Origin: an uncultured bacterium
Lineage (GTDB): Bacteria > Desulfobacterota > Desulfovibrionia > Desulfovibrionales > Desulfovibrionaceae
Reading direction: 5' to 3'
Length of the DNA: 64,000 bases
Assembly (NCBI GenBank): GCA_905214305.1
Contig: CAJMLK010000002.1
Coordinates: 17,163-81,162 of the forward strand
Under the pieces are notes generated by a model. It was given only the letters and a program-made list of their open reading frames with translations, was not told where the DNA came from and searched no databases. Numbering within the stretch: position 1 is the stretch's first letter; the number at the start of each line of letters is the position of its first letter. The position numbers were made by a program, and so were the translations under genes. Shown one piece after another: positions 1 through 10,041 of this stretch.

Positions 1-1
1 G

Positions 2-3000
2 CTCGGCTTCGCGCCCGCCGCTGCGGGCGGCGATGGCGGCCCCGGCGATGGCGGCTCGGTCCCGGAAGCAGATGCCTCATATCACACGCGGCTCATTGTC
101 ACAGGCGCTGAAAACAGCTTCTTCTCCTTCTACGCCGTGGATCAGGACGGCAATCTTGTTACGGACTCAAGCAGGATCGGCGATATCGAATTTCAAGGCG
201 ACAACACATATTTTTCCTTCGTGGAAGTTGCCACGGATGGCTCAATAGTTGTGGAGCTTACCCCCGCGGGGCTTGCCGCGCTGGAGGACGGCACGCTGGC
301 GTCGGACATGCTGCTTATTTCCGTTGACGGCACGACATATAAAATGCCGCTGCTCGTGGCCGGCGGCGCTGCTGGCCAGAACTACGATGCCGCCACCGAA
401 GAGGAACGCGCCCAGCTTGGCACTGACCTCAAGGCCGAATGGTACTCCACCGACTCCAAAACCGTAGCCGAAGACAAGATCACTCTTGGCGGCTCAAGCT
501 ACAATCAGGTGGACATTGACAAGCCCAACCCCAGCAACGGCCTCAACAGCATTGGCGTGCTCAATTCAGACATCGACATCGCCGCCTCCGACAGGGGCGA
601 AGTCAACATCACCGCCAACCATGACGCCGGTTCTGCTTACGGGCTTGCCACAGATGACAGCGGCTCGGCCTCCTCTTCCATTCAAGGCGGCTACGAAAGC
701 TCCATAAATATCACTGCCTATGCCAACGATCCCTCGGCTACGGCCTATGGTGTGTTTACCGGTGCCAACCGGAGCAGCACCGCGGCTACGAGCATTGAGG
801 GCGGAAATGTTTCCATTGCGGCGCAAAGTACAGGGGTCGGAAGCTACGGCGTCCATGCGGGCAACAACTCCACCAACACCATCGACGCCATAGGGCGGGT
901 AGACATCCAGGCCAGGGGTAACAACGCCACGGGCGTTTTTGCTGAAAACCACATACCCGATGGGCATTCCACAAACATCATTACCGGGAGCGAAGTTTCC
1001 ATTACGGCCCAAACCCTTCAGACCGGCGACACGTACGGGATGTACAGCAATGCCGGGCTCAACCAGGTTACCGCCGACACACAAGTCTCCGTGAGCGCTG
1101 ACAATAAGGGAACCGGAACCGCCTGGGGCATGTACGCCAACTCCGACAGTTCCACGACTGATGCGGTAAACAATGAGATCACCGGCCAGGACATCACGGT
1201 GACAGCAACTGCGGCCAAAGGCGATGCCTACGCCATGTACGCAAGCAGCGACGAAAAGAGCACTGCCGGCAACATTTTGCACCTGGAAGGCGGAACTGCC
1301 GACATCAGTGCTACCAGCAACTCCGCAACCGGCGGCTACAGCGCCCATGCCATGCAGGCAAGCGATGCACCCGACGGGCACAATAGCATTACCGGAAGCG
1401 GCACTGTGAATATTGCAGCCACCAGTACCGCAAAAACCGCCATTGGCATGTCCGCGGCTGCGGGCAGCAACAGCATCAGCCTGACTGAGGGCGATGTAAA
1501 CATCGACGCCCGCAACACCGGCACAAGCACCAGAGACAGCGCCACCGGCATGTCAGCCAACTCGGGAGAAAACAGCGTAGACGTCGGCAATGGCAATGTG
1601 ACCGTGAACGCCACTGGCGGGGGCACCGCCGAGGGCATCTATGCCTTTGGCGGCGTAAATACCATCAAGGCCGATGGCGATGTGGATGTTAATACCAGCG
1701 GCTCCTCATACGCCGAGGGCATGTTCGCAACCAGTTCCGGCAAGAATACCATTACCGTCGAGTACGGCAATGTGACGCTGAACACCAACGCGGACTATGT
1801 TGCTACCGGCGTGGGCGCGTACGCATCATCGGCCAATGTCATAGACACTGGCAGTGGCGATGTGAACGTCTCCACCAACTCTGCATACAGCGATGCCCAA
1901 GGCGTGAACGCCGCCGGTAGCGGCAGCAACACCATCACCTCCGAAGGCGGCAACATAACCGTTACCGCCAACGGATACATGACAGGCGACGCCGTGCGTG
2001 CAGCCTCTTCCGGCAACAACACCATCACCACAAAGGACGGCGATGTAAACATTACCGGCAACGCGAGCCGCGCCGCTTCCGGCTTGAACGCGAGCACATC
2101 CGGGACCAATGTCATCAATGCTGAAAATGGCGATGTGAACATCTCCGCCCACAGTGTATACACCGACGGCAAGGGCATGAGTGCCGAGAGTGGCGGCAGC
2201 AATACCATCAACGCTGATAACGGCAATGTGACCATCAGCGGCAGCGGAGCACAGCTCTCCTACGGCATGTATTCCGCGTTTTCAAGCAGCAATATCATCA
2301 ACGCCGGCGGCGATGTGACTGTTATGGGCGATAGCAGCAACGACAGCGGCGGCATGGCCGCGATCACGTCAGGCAGCAGGAATCTCATCAATGCAGACGG
2401 CAACGTAGATGTTACCGGCAGCAGCTCGGGCGTGTACGCCGGCAGTTATGCCCAAAGCACCATCCATGCAGGCGGCAACGTTAATGTTACTGTCGAGGGA
2501 AGGGGAGGCTCTGGCACGGCCCTTGGCGTAAGCAGCTCAGACCATGCCACCAATCTCATCGAAACCGGCAGTGGCCATGTAACCGTTACTGCCACAGGCA
2601 GCACCAGCAATACCGCCACAGCCATGTCTGCCATCAACGACGCTGACACTGTCATCAACACAAAAACAGGTAATGTAACCCTGACCAGCAGCGACTACGG
2701 CATGTCCAGCGAGACATCCGGAAAAAATATCATCACCACGAACAGCGGCACGGTAAACATTACTGCCGACAGCTCCCTCGATGGCTACGGCATGTATGCG
2801 GCGACATCCGGGTACAACAACATCACTGCAGGCAACGATGTGACTGTTACCGCCAGCGGCAGCAACAGCAGCCAGGGCATGGCCACCGAGTCCGGCTCCA
2901 ACATCATCGACATCTCCGCCACCGGCAATGTAATCGTTACCGCCGATGGCAGCGGCACGGCCTACGGCATGCGCAGCTCCGGCGCTGGCGGCAATACCAT

Positions 3001-4618
3001 CAACACTCAGGACGGCAATGTGCATGTTGCCGGTGGCGAGTTGGGCGTATCCGCCATTGGCTATGGCATGCTTGCCGATAACAGGAGCCAGAATGCCATC
3101 ACCACCAAGGGCGGCGATGTAAGCATTACCGGCAGCGGCGACAGCGCATACGGCATGGCGGCCGCCAACGGCGGCTTCAATACCATCAAGGCCATCGGCG
3201 GCGAGGTGGACGTTACCGCCAACGGCAGCAGCAACAGTTATGGCATGGCTGCCACAGACGGCGGAATCAATCTCATACAGCCCGGCAGCGGCCCGGTGAC
3301 CGTCACCATTACCGCCACAGCGGACAGTGCCGAAAAGGCTATTGCCATGTGGGCCGATGGCGGCAACTCCGTAAACTACATCGCTGGCAGCTCCAGTGCG
3401 GACGGCCCTGGCGACAGCATCACCCTGAATGCCAACAACGGCCAGGGCATCGCCATGCAGGCTCAAAATGGCGGCCAAAACATTATCACTACCGGTGCGG
3501 GCAACGACAGTGTGACCATCAACGGTGACATCAAGGGCAGCGGCAATGAGATCAATCTGGGCCGTGGCGACAACACCCTCACCCTCAACGGTGCGGTTGA
3601 AACGGGTAGCCTCAACGTCAAGACCGAAGGCATTGGCGCCAGCGCCGGAACCTACACGCTCATACTTCAGGCGCCCGATGCCGAAAGCTTTGTCAGCCAG
3701 TATGGGGACTGGCTCAACGACATCGGCTCTGACGATCTTATTGCCGGCGGCATGAGAACCATAACCTTTGACGGACTGGACGTCGCAACCCTGCCCCCGG
3801 ATTTTCTGACGGAATTCAACGACATCCTGTGGCAACTGAACGCTGACGGCGTTGGCATTGAGCCGCAGGAGCTTGTCGACCAGTTGCACGACCCCGCCAA
3901 TTCCTTCAGTGCTCCCCTGTCCGCAATGGCCGACGACACCGGCGTGGAGCACCATGACACGCAGGGCGCTCAGGACGCGCAGCATGCCGCCGGGCACGAC
4001 GACGTGCAGGATTCGCTGCTGGCCTCTCATGGCGGCCCGGCCGCGGTGGCCGATGACGGCGCCCATGCCGCCTTCAGCGCACATGGCGACGCGGCCGCAC
4101 ATGAAGACGTTGCTGGCGCGGACGCCCCCGCACCGGTGAACTTCAGCGGAGAAACAGACGAGCCGACGCAGCCGCTTTTCGCCTCCCTGAGCGACCACAG
4201 CGCGGACACGTCCGCAGACATGCTCACAGACATGTCCCATGAGGGCGGGGACGATACCCTGCACAGCGGCTATCTCAGCAACGATACCGGCGACAATGGC
4301 GCTCTTGCCGATCTTCATGCCTCCATCACTCTGGCCTATGGCGATGAGGGCTTTGACGCCCTGTTTGCGGCAACCACCGCGCAGGCTGCCGAAGATGGGA
4401 CCGACCTCTTCGAAGGGACCGACCTGAACACCGTGGCGCTGACCGACATGAATGCGGCCCTTGGTCAGCATCCCCTTGCCGATGCGGCCCCTGATGCTCC
4501 TGCCGCAACGATGGAAAGCATGGTCATTGCCACGAGCGAAGTCAGCATTGCGCCCACCGTGATGGACTCCTGCCAGGAAAGTTCCGACAATGCCGCAAGG
4601 GAAATCGCAGGCAGCTAG
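2..4618 (+). CDS. giant secreted repeat protein (beta-helix/adhesin-like), 5' truncated by window edge
   Basis: Frame +2 is open from base 2 with no stop before the first Met at 137. About 45 tandem ~30-aa degenerate repeats of the form N-x-I-T-x-x-x-G-x-V-x-V-T-A...(Y)GM, rich in G/S/T/N/V. The last ~350 aa are acidic, disordered and D/A/H-rich. Stop TAG at 4616-4618. Confidence 0.7.
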   Translation, partial: LGFAPAAAGGDGGPGDGGSVPEADASYHTRLIVTGAENSFFSFYAVDQDGNLVTDSSRIGDIEFQGDNTYFSFVEVATDGSIVVELTPAGLAALEDGTLASDMLLISVDGTTYKMPLLVAGGAAGQNYDAATEEERAQLGTDLKAEWYSTDSKTVAEDKITLGGSSYNQVDIDKPNPSNGLNSIGVLNSDIDIAASDRGEVNITANHDAGSAYGLATDDSGSASSSIQGGYESSINITAYANDPSATAYGVFTGANRSSTAATSIEGGNVSIAAQSTGVGSYGVHAGNNSTNTIDAIGRVDIQARGNNATGVFAENHIPDGHSTNIITGSEVSITAQTLQTGDTYGMYSNAGLNQVTADTQVSVSADNKGTGTAWGMYANSDSSTTDAVNNEITGQDITVTATAAKGDAYAMYASSDEKSTAGNILHLEGGTADISATSNSATGGYSAHAMQASDAPDGHNSITGSGTVNIAATSTAKTAIGMSAAAGSNSISLTEGDVNIDARNTGTSTRDSATGMSANSGENSVDVGNGNVTVNATGGGTAEGIYAFGGVNTIKADGDVDVNTSGSSYAEGMFATSSGKNTITVEYGNVTLNTNADYVATGVGAYASSANVIDTGSGDVNVSTNSAYSDAQGVNAAGSGSNTITSEGGNITVTANGYMTGDAVRAASSGNNTITTKDGDVNITGNASRAASGLNASTSGTNVINAENGDVNISAHSVYTDGKGMSAESGGSNTINADNGNVTISGSGAQLSYGMYSAFSSSNIINAGGDVTVMGDSSNDSGGMAAITSGSRNLINADGNVDVTGSSSGVYAGSYAQSTIHAGGNVNVTVEGRGGSGTALGVSSSDHATNLIETGSGHVTVTATGSTSNTATAMSAINDADTVINTKTGNVTLTSSDYGMSSETSGKNIITTNSGTVNITADSSLDGYGMYAATSGYNNITAGNDVTVTASGSNSSQGMATESGSNIIDISATGNVIVTADGSGTAYGMRSSGAGGNTINTQDGNVHVAGGELGVSAIGYGMLADNRSQNAITTKGGDVSITGSGDSAYGMAAANGGFNTIKAIGGEVDVTANGSSNSYGMAATDGGINLIQPGSGPVTVTITATADSAEKAIAMWADGGNSVNYIAGSSSADGPGDSITLNANNGQGIAMQAQNGGQNIITTGAGNDSVTINGDIKGSGNEINLGRGDNTLTLNGAVETGSLNVKTEGIGASAGTYTLILQAPDAESFVSQYGDWLNDIGSDDLIAGGMRTITFDGLDVATLPPDFLTEFNDILWQLNADGVGIEPQELVDQLHDPANSFSAPLSAMADDTGVEHHDTQGAQDAQHAAGHDDVQDSLLASHGGPAAVADDGAHAAFSAHGDAAAHEDVAGADAPAPVNFSGETDEPTQPLFASLSDHSADTSADMLTDMSHEGGDDTLHSGYLSNDTGDNGALADLHASITLAYGDEGFDALFAATTAQAAEDGTDLFEGTDLNTVALTDMNAALGQHPLADAAPDAPAATMESMVIATSEVSIAPTVMDSCQESSDNAAREIAGS

Positions 4619-4696
4619 AGCAATTAGCGAATAAAATGAGTTAACTGCTCAGCAGGGATTTTCTTGAAAATCCCTGCCGAGAAATGCTCTAGATGT
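4616..4696. repeat. MITE-like repeat, short inverted-orientation copy of the ~125-bp thiC/trkH-flanking element, with termini CTAGAGCA...TGCTCTAG
   Basis: Sequence ctagagcaattagcgaataaaatgagttaactgctcagcagggattttcttgaaaatccctgccgagaaatgctctag matches the reverse complement of 57720-57785 / 60835-60900. It begins on the stop codon of the giant gene. Confidence 0.6.
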
Positions 4697-4953
4697 AGAC
4701 GTAGATTGGAGCAGACTGGAGCAGATCAGCTTCGAGAACGTGCATTCTCAAAGCTTGAAGCACGCCCGCTTCGGCGCGCAACAATGCAAAAACAGCGCAG
4801 CTTCATCCACAAGCCCTCGGGCAACGGATGAAGCTGCGCCTGCCTTTTGGCGGTGGCGGCCTGTTCACACAGTCGCCAGAGCAGTTTCAAAATACCATGT
4901 GCTAAAGCGTGAAGGCGTTCCTTCAGGCATCAACCGGCACAAAAACCGTGCGT

Positions 4954-5658
4954 TCAGCGCCGGAAGCGCTCTGCCAGAGCTTTGCCGGAAACGCGCTTCC
5001 CGGTTTTCATGTCAAAGGCCCGGCAGCAGCCGGGGGAAACCTCGTCAATAAGCATGGGCGCACCCTTTTCATCAAGGGCCCATTCAATCTTGATGTCCCA
5101 GAGATCCAGATCCCGAGCCGCAAACATGCCGTGTATGGCCTGCATGGCCCTTGCGTTGCTGTCCAGAAGGGCGCTCATGGTCCTGGCCTCCACAATGCCC
5201 AGAGCCACAAGGGCGGAAGGAACAACAAGCGGATCGCCGGCAGCGTCATCCTTGAGGGTTATCTCAAACACGGGCTCGGCAAAACGCATGCCGTCATGTA
5301 CGCCCGGAACCATGCCGTAGCGGCGCAAAAAACTTCCTGTGCATACCCAGCGGGCAATCCACTCGATGCCGGGGTTGAACATGGTTCCCCTGCGCACGTC
5401 CATAGACAGTGAAGGCAGATCGTATGCGATCATGTGCGTGGAGACGCCATTTTTTTCAGCCAGTTCTTCAAAGATGGCCGAGGCCATGAGCAGGCAGGCC
5501 TCTCCTTGACCGGGTTCGGTGTTTTCCGCCACCGTGTTCCCGCCGGGATCGATCTCTCCGGCAGCATTTTTTGTCACCCGGTCTGAAAAAATCAAACGCA
5601 AGCCGTCTTCGCCGTTGTCATACACGTCTTTGGTTTTGCCGCGGTACACCAGGTTCAT
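4954..5658 (-). CDS. purC: phosphoribosylaminoimidazole-succinocarboxamide synthase (SAICAR synthetase)
   Basis: N-terminus MNLVYRGKTKDVYDNGED is typical of the PurC/SAICAR family; 234 aa. RBS GGAGAG upstream of ATG at 5658. Confidence 0.8.
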   Translation of the reverse strand: MNLVYRGKTKDVYDNGEDGLRLIFSDRVTKNAAGEIDPGGNTVAENTEPGQGEACLLMASAIFEELAEKNGVSTHMIAYDLPSLSMDVRRGTMFNPGIEWIARWVCTGSFLRRYGMVPGVHDGMRFAEPVFEITLKDDAAGDPLVVPSALVALGIVEARTMSALLDSNARAMQAIHGMFAARDLDLWDIKIEWALDEKGAPMLIDEVSPGCCRAFDMKTGKRVSGKALAERFRR

Positions 5659-6094
5659 GCTCTACTCTCCATTTTTATCGCACGGTTTTATACAAGTTCG
5701 CAGGCGTGCATACGTTGGCGCTATCCCCTGCCCCATGCGCGAAAGTGATGCTGCCCAATTACAAATTTTTCTGCAAGTTCTTCTTGAATGCGGCAGAACA
5801 TGACGCGGTGAAACGGAACAGACGCCCCCACCTGCCCGTTTGGCAGGCCGGGCACGGGCTGGACACTGGCCGGGCCTGCGGGCGGGACGGGCATAAGGGC
5901 CGCGGCACGTCTGGCAACAGCCAACAGGCAACAGGCCGCGCCCCTGCACACGCTCCTGCGGCCGCTCCTGTGGCCGCTCCTGTGGCCGCAGCAACGAAAG
6001 AACGCGCGCCGACATTGCCGACGCGCGTTCTTTCAGACCCTGCAAGGCTGAAAACATGTCTTTTCAGCGCAGGCATATGCCACGTACCTGCATA

Positions 6095-6418
6095 TTATTG
6101 CAAAGCCTGCCCTATGGACTGATGATAGCCGTTCATGCGCTGCCGCTCAAGCCGGGAGCGCTGAAGGTCCTGGCGCAGGGCATCTCGCGCCCTGATGGCA
6201 AGCCCCGTCAGGTGCTCCTGCACACGGGCCAATTCCACAAGATGTCCCCGATATTCATCAGCATGGCTGCTTTCAAGCACATACCAGGCCATGCTGGTGA
6301 CCTCGTTGCGTTTTTCCGCAAGAGCCATGGCCTTGTCATACGCGCCGTCTTCAAGAGCGATCATTTCCTGCCGGGCGAGATCAAGGGCCTGGTCCAGCAG
6401 GCTGAGTCCCTGAGCCAT
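6095..6418 (-). CDS. hypothetical small helical protein (possible FlgN-like export chaperone), last gene of a 4-gene operon
   Basis: 107 aa, Leu/Glu/Arg-rich. RBS AAGGAG 7 nt upstream of ATG. Stop of the upstream gene is 17 bp away. Confidence 0.45.
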   Translation of the reverse strand: MAQGLSLLDQALDLARQEMIALEDGAYDKAMALAEKRNEVTSMAWYVLESSHADEYRGHLVELARVQEHLTGLAIRARDALRQDLQRSRLERQRMNGYHQSIGQALQ

Positions 6419-6434
6419 AAAAACTCCTTGCGCC

Positions 6435-7040
6435 CTACTGGGCTACACGCTTGATAATCTGCTGGTGCAACTGCTCGCTGACTTCACGCCATTCGGCGCA
6501 GATGGGCAAAAATTCGTATTCCAGCAGGTCGGAAAGCAGGATCCAGTCTTCGTTTTCCAGACCTTCGCTCATTTCGGAAATCAGGTTCGAAAGCTTCTCG
6601 GTCTTTTCGGCAAAAGACACGGACTCGCCTTCATCATAGCGCCCACGCAGGTCACCGAGCATGTTCATGAAATCACGGGTAACGTCCAGCAGGTCCTGAA
6701 GCAGCTCAAGGGCATCGGTGTCCGAAGCTTCACGGAACAGGCGGGCAACCTGACGGGCTCCGTGTTCCATCATCAGGGTGACCTTGCCCATTTCGCCCGC
6801 GATGTCCACGGCCAGTTCACTGTTGGGTACAGAACGCACCTCAAGGCGCGAAATGGAGTCGCAGGTGATGTCTTCTGCCTGATGCGGGTAAATTTCTGAA
6901 AAGGCTTCGTCGTTTACCAGCACATCGGTAATCACGCGCCCTTCCATTTCTTCGTCACGCATGATGCTGGTCAGGGCCTGCTCAAGGTTCTCAAACGCGG
7001 ATATGCTTTTGACGCTCTGATTGCCATCAACGATTATCAT
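6435..7040 (-). CDS. hypothetical acidic protein
   Basis: Start MIIVDGNQ at 7040 preceded by a perfect AGGAGG RBS. 201 aa, strongly acidic (pI low, many E/D), no recognisable motif. The ORF track gives a longer 224-aa version from 7109. Confidence 0.55.
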   Translation of the reverse strand: MIIVDGNQSVKSISAFENLEQALTSIMRDEEMEGRVITDVLVNDEAFSEIYPHQAEDITCDSISRLEVRSVPNSELAVDIAGEMGKVTLMMEHGARQVARLFREASDTDALELLQDLLDVTRDFMNMLGDLRGRYDEGESVSFAEKTEKLSNLISEMSEGLENEDWILLSDLLEYEFLPICAEWREVSEQLHQQIIKRVAQ

Positions 7041-7119
7041 AGTGTTCCTCCTGTCCCTACGGGGAAGAATTTGCCGCCATAAGGCTGCACCTGTTATAGC
7101 AAACTGCATGCCATTTTAT

Positions 7120-8850
7120 TTATATACTGTCTTTCCACTGCTCTAGAGTCGAGCGTAAACACTGTATCAAGTGCGTCAGGTCTGTCATGCTCCCACCACG
7201 CTGCTGCCGCAGCTCACGCCAGAAGCCGCCCAGGGCGGCAAGCGCCGGAGCAGCGTCCAGCAGGCTTTGCAAACGCTCGCAATTACGCAGAAAAAGTTGT
7301 CCGGCCATGGCGCTTTTGCCCACCAGCCCCGCCTGTTCTTCCAGCAGTGCCAGCAACTGCAAAGCCTGCGCAAGGGTACTGTCGACCGCTGCCGCAAACG
7401 GCGGGCTGAGAGCCGCCCTGACCTGCATGCCGTTGTGCTGCGCGGCCAGAGGCATGCCTTCGCCCATATTGTCAAACATCTGACGCCACAAAAAGCGTTG
7501 CGCATCAAGCCACTGGCTGCGGTCTTCAGTCGCGTGCAGCGAAAGACAGCGCACAGCGGCAAAACCGCAATTGTCCGTCTCTGTCAGCCACACACGGGCC
7601 TCTTTGCCGATGTCGGAGGCTCCGTCTTCCAGCGCGGCGCTCCACCGCCCGGTTGCAAGCCAGCCGCAGACAAGGTCGCCCACCCCAACGGGGCCGATGC
7701 GCCCAAGGCAGGCATGATCGTGCGGGCAAGCGCGCCCATAGGGGCAGGGATGGCACGGCATGGCAGGCTCAAGGCAGCAGCAGCCCGGCAGATACGGGCC
7801 GGTGTCCCAGGGCTGTGCCGTGGCAAGAAAGATGGCAAGGCAGGGCACGCCCTCGCCCGCGGCCAGATGCATTGTGCCGGTGTCATTGGTGACAAGAAGG
7901 CGGCACTGTGTGAGCAGGCCCGCCAGTTGTGCAATATCGGTACGGCCCACGGCAGTAATGCTGGGGCCGTGGGCCGCCCGCGCGTAGTCTTCGGCAAGGG
8001 CCTGCTCCGCCCGGCTGCCAAGCAGCACAGGACAAAGCCCCTCCTCGCGCCACAACCTGTCGCCCAGAGCGGCAAAAGACGCTGCGGGCCACTGCCTTTT
8101 TGCTTCGCTGGCGCCCAGTTGCATGCCCACAAAGCCTTTGCAGGATGCAGCAATGCCTGCGGCCTCCGCGCCTTCTTGCAGCAATACGCGGGCAAATTCC
8201 TGCGCCGCCTCGGGCGGCGGCCGCAAGCCTGACCTGCTGGCGGAAGCCACCCCGCTTTTCGCAAGCAGGTTTTTTTCCCCGGCGCTCATGGCATTGGCCC
8301 CCACCATGCGGAACGTGTCCACAAGATTGAAGGGCGTGTTCAGACGCCGCAAGACCGTTCCCGCAAGAAAAGAGGCCCACACGCCACCGCTGAAGCCAAA
8401 CCCTTCGGCGTCCATGCCAAAACCGGTGATTTCGTCGGGATGCGGAGCCAGAAGGCGGGCCAAAAGGCGCGCGGGCAGCGTGGCTGTGAGATTGATAACG
8501 CGGGCTCCGGGCATGTGCCGCCGGATTTCATGCACAAAGGACAGCATCCGCAGAGCAGCCCTCGGCCAGTGGCCTTCCACCTCCGCCATGATGCGTGCGC
8601 CGGGCAGGGGCCATGCCCTGTCAACGTGCTGGAGCAGGGGCAAGGCCGAAGCGAAGTTGTCCAGACACACAAGGCCCACCCGCAGTCCGGCGCGGTGCAG
8701 GTCGCGGATGAGCGCCTGACTTTGCAGCAGATCACCAAAGCGGGTCAGGTTGATGATGACAACATTGCCGCTGCTTTCCGGGCGCGAAAGGCTGTCGCAG
8801 GGGGGCGCGTCCTGCTGCCGCTGGTGGGTGCGGGATGATTCTGTCTTCAT
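7120..8850 (-). CDS. glycosyltransferase family 9 (heptosyltransferase-like) with ~200-aa Cys-rich C-terminal extension
   Basis: N-terminus VVIINLTRFGDLLQSQAL and the motif TNDTGTMHLAAGEGVPCLAIF are hallmarks of GT9 (RfaF/RfaC-like). The 576-aa length includes an extra C-terminal domain with the cluster CCCLEPAMPCHPCPYGRACPHDHAC. Confidence 0.65.
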   Translation of the reverse strand: MKTESSRTHQRQQDAPPCDSLSRPESSGNVVIINLTRFGDLLQSQALIRDLHRAGLRVGLVCLDNFASALPLLQHVDRAWPLPGARIMAEVEGHWPRAALRMLSFVHEIRRHMPGARVINLTATLPARLLARLLAPHPDEITGFGMDAEGFGFSGGVWASFLAGTVLRRLNTPFNLVDTFRMVGANAMSAGEKNLLAKSGVASASRSGLRPPPEAAQEFARVLLQEGAEAAGIAASCKGFVGMQLGASEAKRQWPAASFAALGDRLWREEGLCPVLLGSRAEQALAEDYARAAHGPSITAVGRTDIAQLAGLLTQCRLLVTNDTGTMHLAAGEGVPCLAIFLATAQPWDTGPYLPGCCCLEPAMPCHPCPYGRACPHDHACLGRIGPVGVGDLVCGWLATGRWSAALEDGASDIGKEARVWLTETDNCGFAAVRCLSLHATEDRSQWLDAQRFLWRQMFDNMGEGMPLAAQHNGMQVRAALSPPFAAAVDSTLAQALQLLALLEEQAGLVGKSAMAGQLFLRNCERLQSLLDAAPALAALGGFWRELRQQRGGSMTDLTHLIQCLRSTLEQWKDSI

Positions 8851-8865
8851 GCGTTTTCAGACCCG

Positions 8866-10041
8866 TCAGGCCAGATTGGCCTTGTTGCCGCCGTCCAGAA
8901 GGTTGAGAGCCAGAGTGCGCTCCTGACGGAAACGGTTTTGCACAGCGGCCTGCACCTCGCTGGTGGAGGAGCCGAACTGGCCGGAACGCACCTTGTACAC
9001 GTTGGTGATAAGCTTGCGCTCATAGGCCGGGTCATCAGGGTCGCCGCTCATGGCCTCGGCACGGGCAAAAATGCGCGCGGCGCCTGTGGGACCATGCTGC
9101 ACGGATGTGCTCCAGATCACCTCGCGCATGGCCGGTGACAGGCTGTCTGCCTCCAGCGCGGTACGCTGGCTGATGCCTTCCACAGCGGGTTTATAATGAC
9201 TTTCGCGCACATAGGCCTCCTGCAAGGCTTCAAAGCGCTCGGGCTGCGCCTCGGCAATGGCACGCCACATGTCGGGCATGGCTCCCTTGCGGCTGCCCGT
9301 GTTTCCCGGCCCTGCGGCACGCAGCTTTTTGGAGATGTCCGGGGCTTCGCCATCCAGAAATTCAAGAAAGTCATTGAGACTGCCCGCGCGCGAAGACACC
9401 TGATACTTGCCGTATGAAGTACCGCCGTTACGGTCATAGCCTACGGCCGCTATGCCGTCGCGGCCTGATTCAAACTGGGCGGAAAGCTTGCCCAGCTCCA
9501 TTTCTGCCGCGTCCGGCTGCCGCCGCTTTTGCCGGGCCTTGCCCTGTGCCGGGGCTTGCGGGCGACTGTGTACAAAATCACCGCCATTCAGGCCACCCAG
9601 GCTCTCGCCCACAGTGCTGGAAAGCGAATGCAGCTGACGTGCTGCCCCCATGCTGCGGGCCAGATCAAGGGTTGATCCGTTGCCGGAAACACTTTGCATG
9701 AGTCCCTCAAGGGCCTGTGTCTGGCGCAGATCAGCCTGAGCCTTGCCAAAGACCTGAGCACGCATGAGATCGCTGGGACTGCGCCCCGCAAGCACGAGAT
9801 TGCGCGCGGGGGCCTGCATGCCGACAAGTTCCGCAGACCGGGCCTGCGTCGGCAGTTCCCGGCTGCTCGTGCCTTGCGCGGACTGCGGAAGCGACGCGGC
9901 CTCCTGGGCCTGACGCGACTGCCCCTGCATCACAGCGGCAAAACCTGCACCGCCGTCAGTCGGCGCGGCGCGGCGCGGGCTGGCAGCCTGACTCTGCTGA
10001 GTCTCGGTGGGGGGACGGATAAGAAAATTGGAAAGCGCCAT
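8866..10041 (-). CDS. hypothetical protein (AQFES rod-binding-like motif; possible cell-wall associated)
   Basis: Start MALSNFLI at 10041 with GGAGGA RBS; 392 aa. N-terminal half is low-complexity and Q/A/S-rich. The AQFES motif resembles the FlgJ rod-binding motif. The C-terminal ~200 aa carry GYDRNGGTSYGKYQ; this domain was not recognised. Confidence 0.45.
   Translation of the reverse strand: MALSNFLIRPPTETQQSQAASPRRAAPTDGGAGFAAVMQGQSRQAQEAASLPQSAQGTSSRELPTQARSAELVGMQAPARNLVLAGRSPSDLMRAQVFGKAQADLRQTQALEGLMQSVSGNGSTLDLARSMGAARQLHSLSSTVGESLGGLNGGDFVHSRPQAPAQGKARQKRRQPDAAEMELGKLSAQFESGRDGIAAVGYDRNGGTSYGKYQVSSRAGSLNDFLEFLDGEAPDISKKLRAAGPGNTGSRKGAMPDMWRAIAEAQPERFEALQEAYVRESHYKPAVEGISQRTALEADSLSPAMREVIWSTSVQHGPTGAARIFARAEAMSGDPDDPAYERKLITNVYKVRSGQFGSSTSEVQAAVQNRFRQERTLALNLLDGGNKANLA

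Noticed and set aside
2537-4471. 644-aa minus-strand ORF inside the giant repeat gene, plus several 60-150-aa ORFs on both strands in 250-4500
   Set aside because: Antisense or alternate-frame shadows of a very GC-rich, repetitive coding region. No RBS, and Gly/Ala/Val-rich nonsense composition mirroring the sense repeats.
5662-6057. 131-aa minus ORF containing a QERPQERPQERV repeat and the 12-bp tandem repeat cctgtggccgct ×3 (5945-5990)
   Set aside because: Sits in the purC promoter and upstream-operon terminator region with no RBS. The peptide repeat is just the translation of a simple DNA tandem repeat. Judged non-coding.
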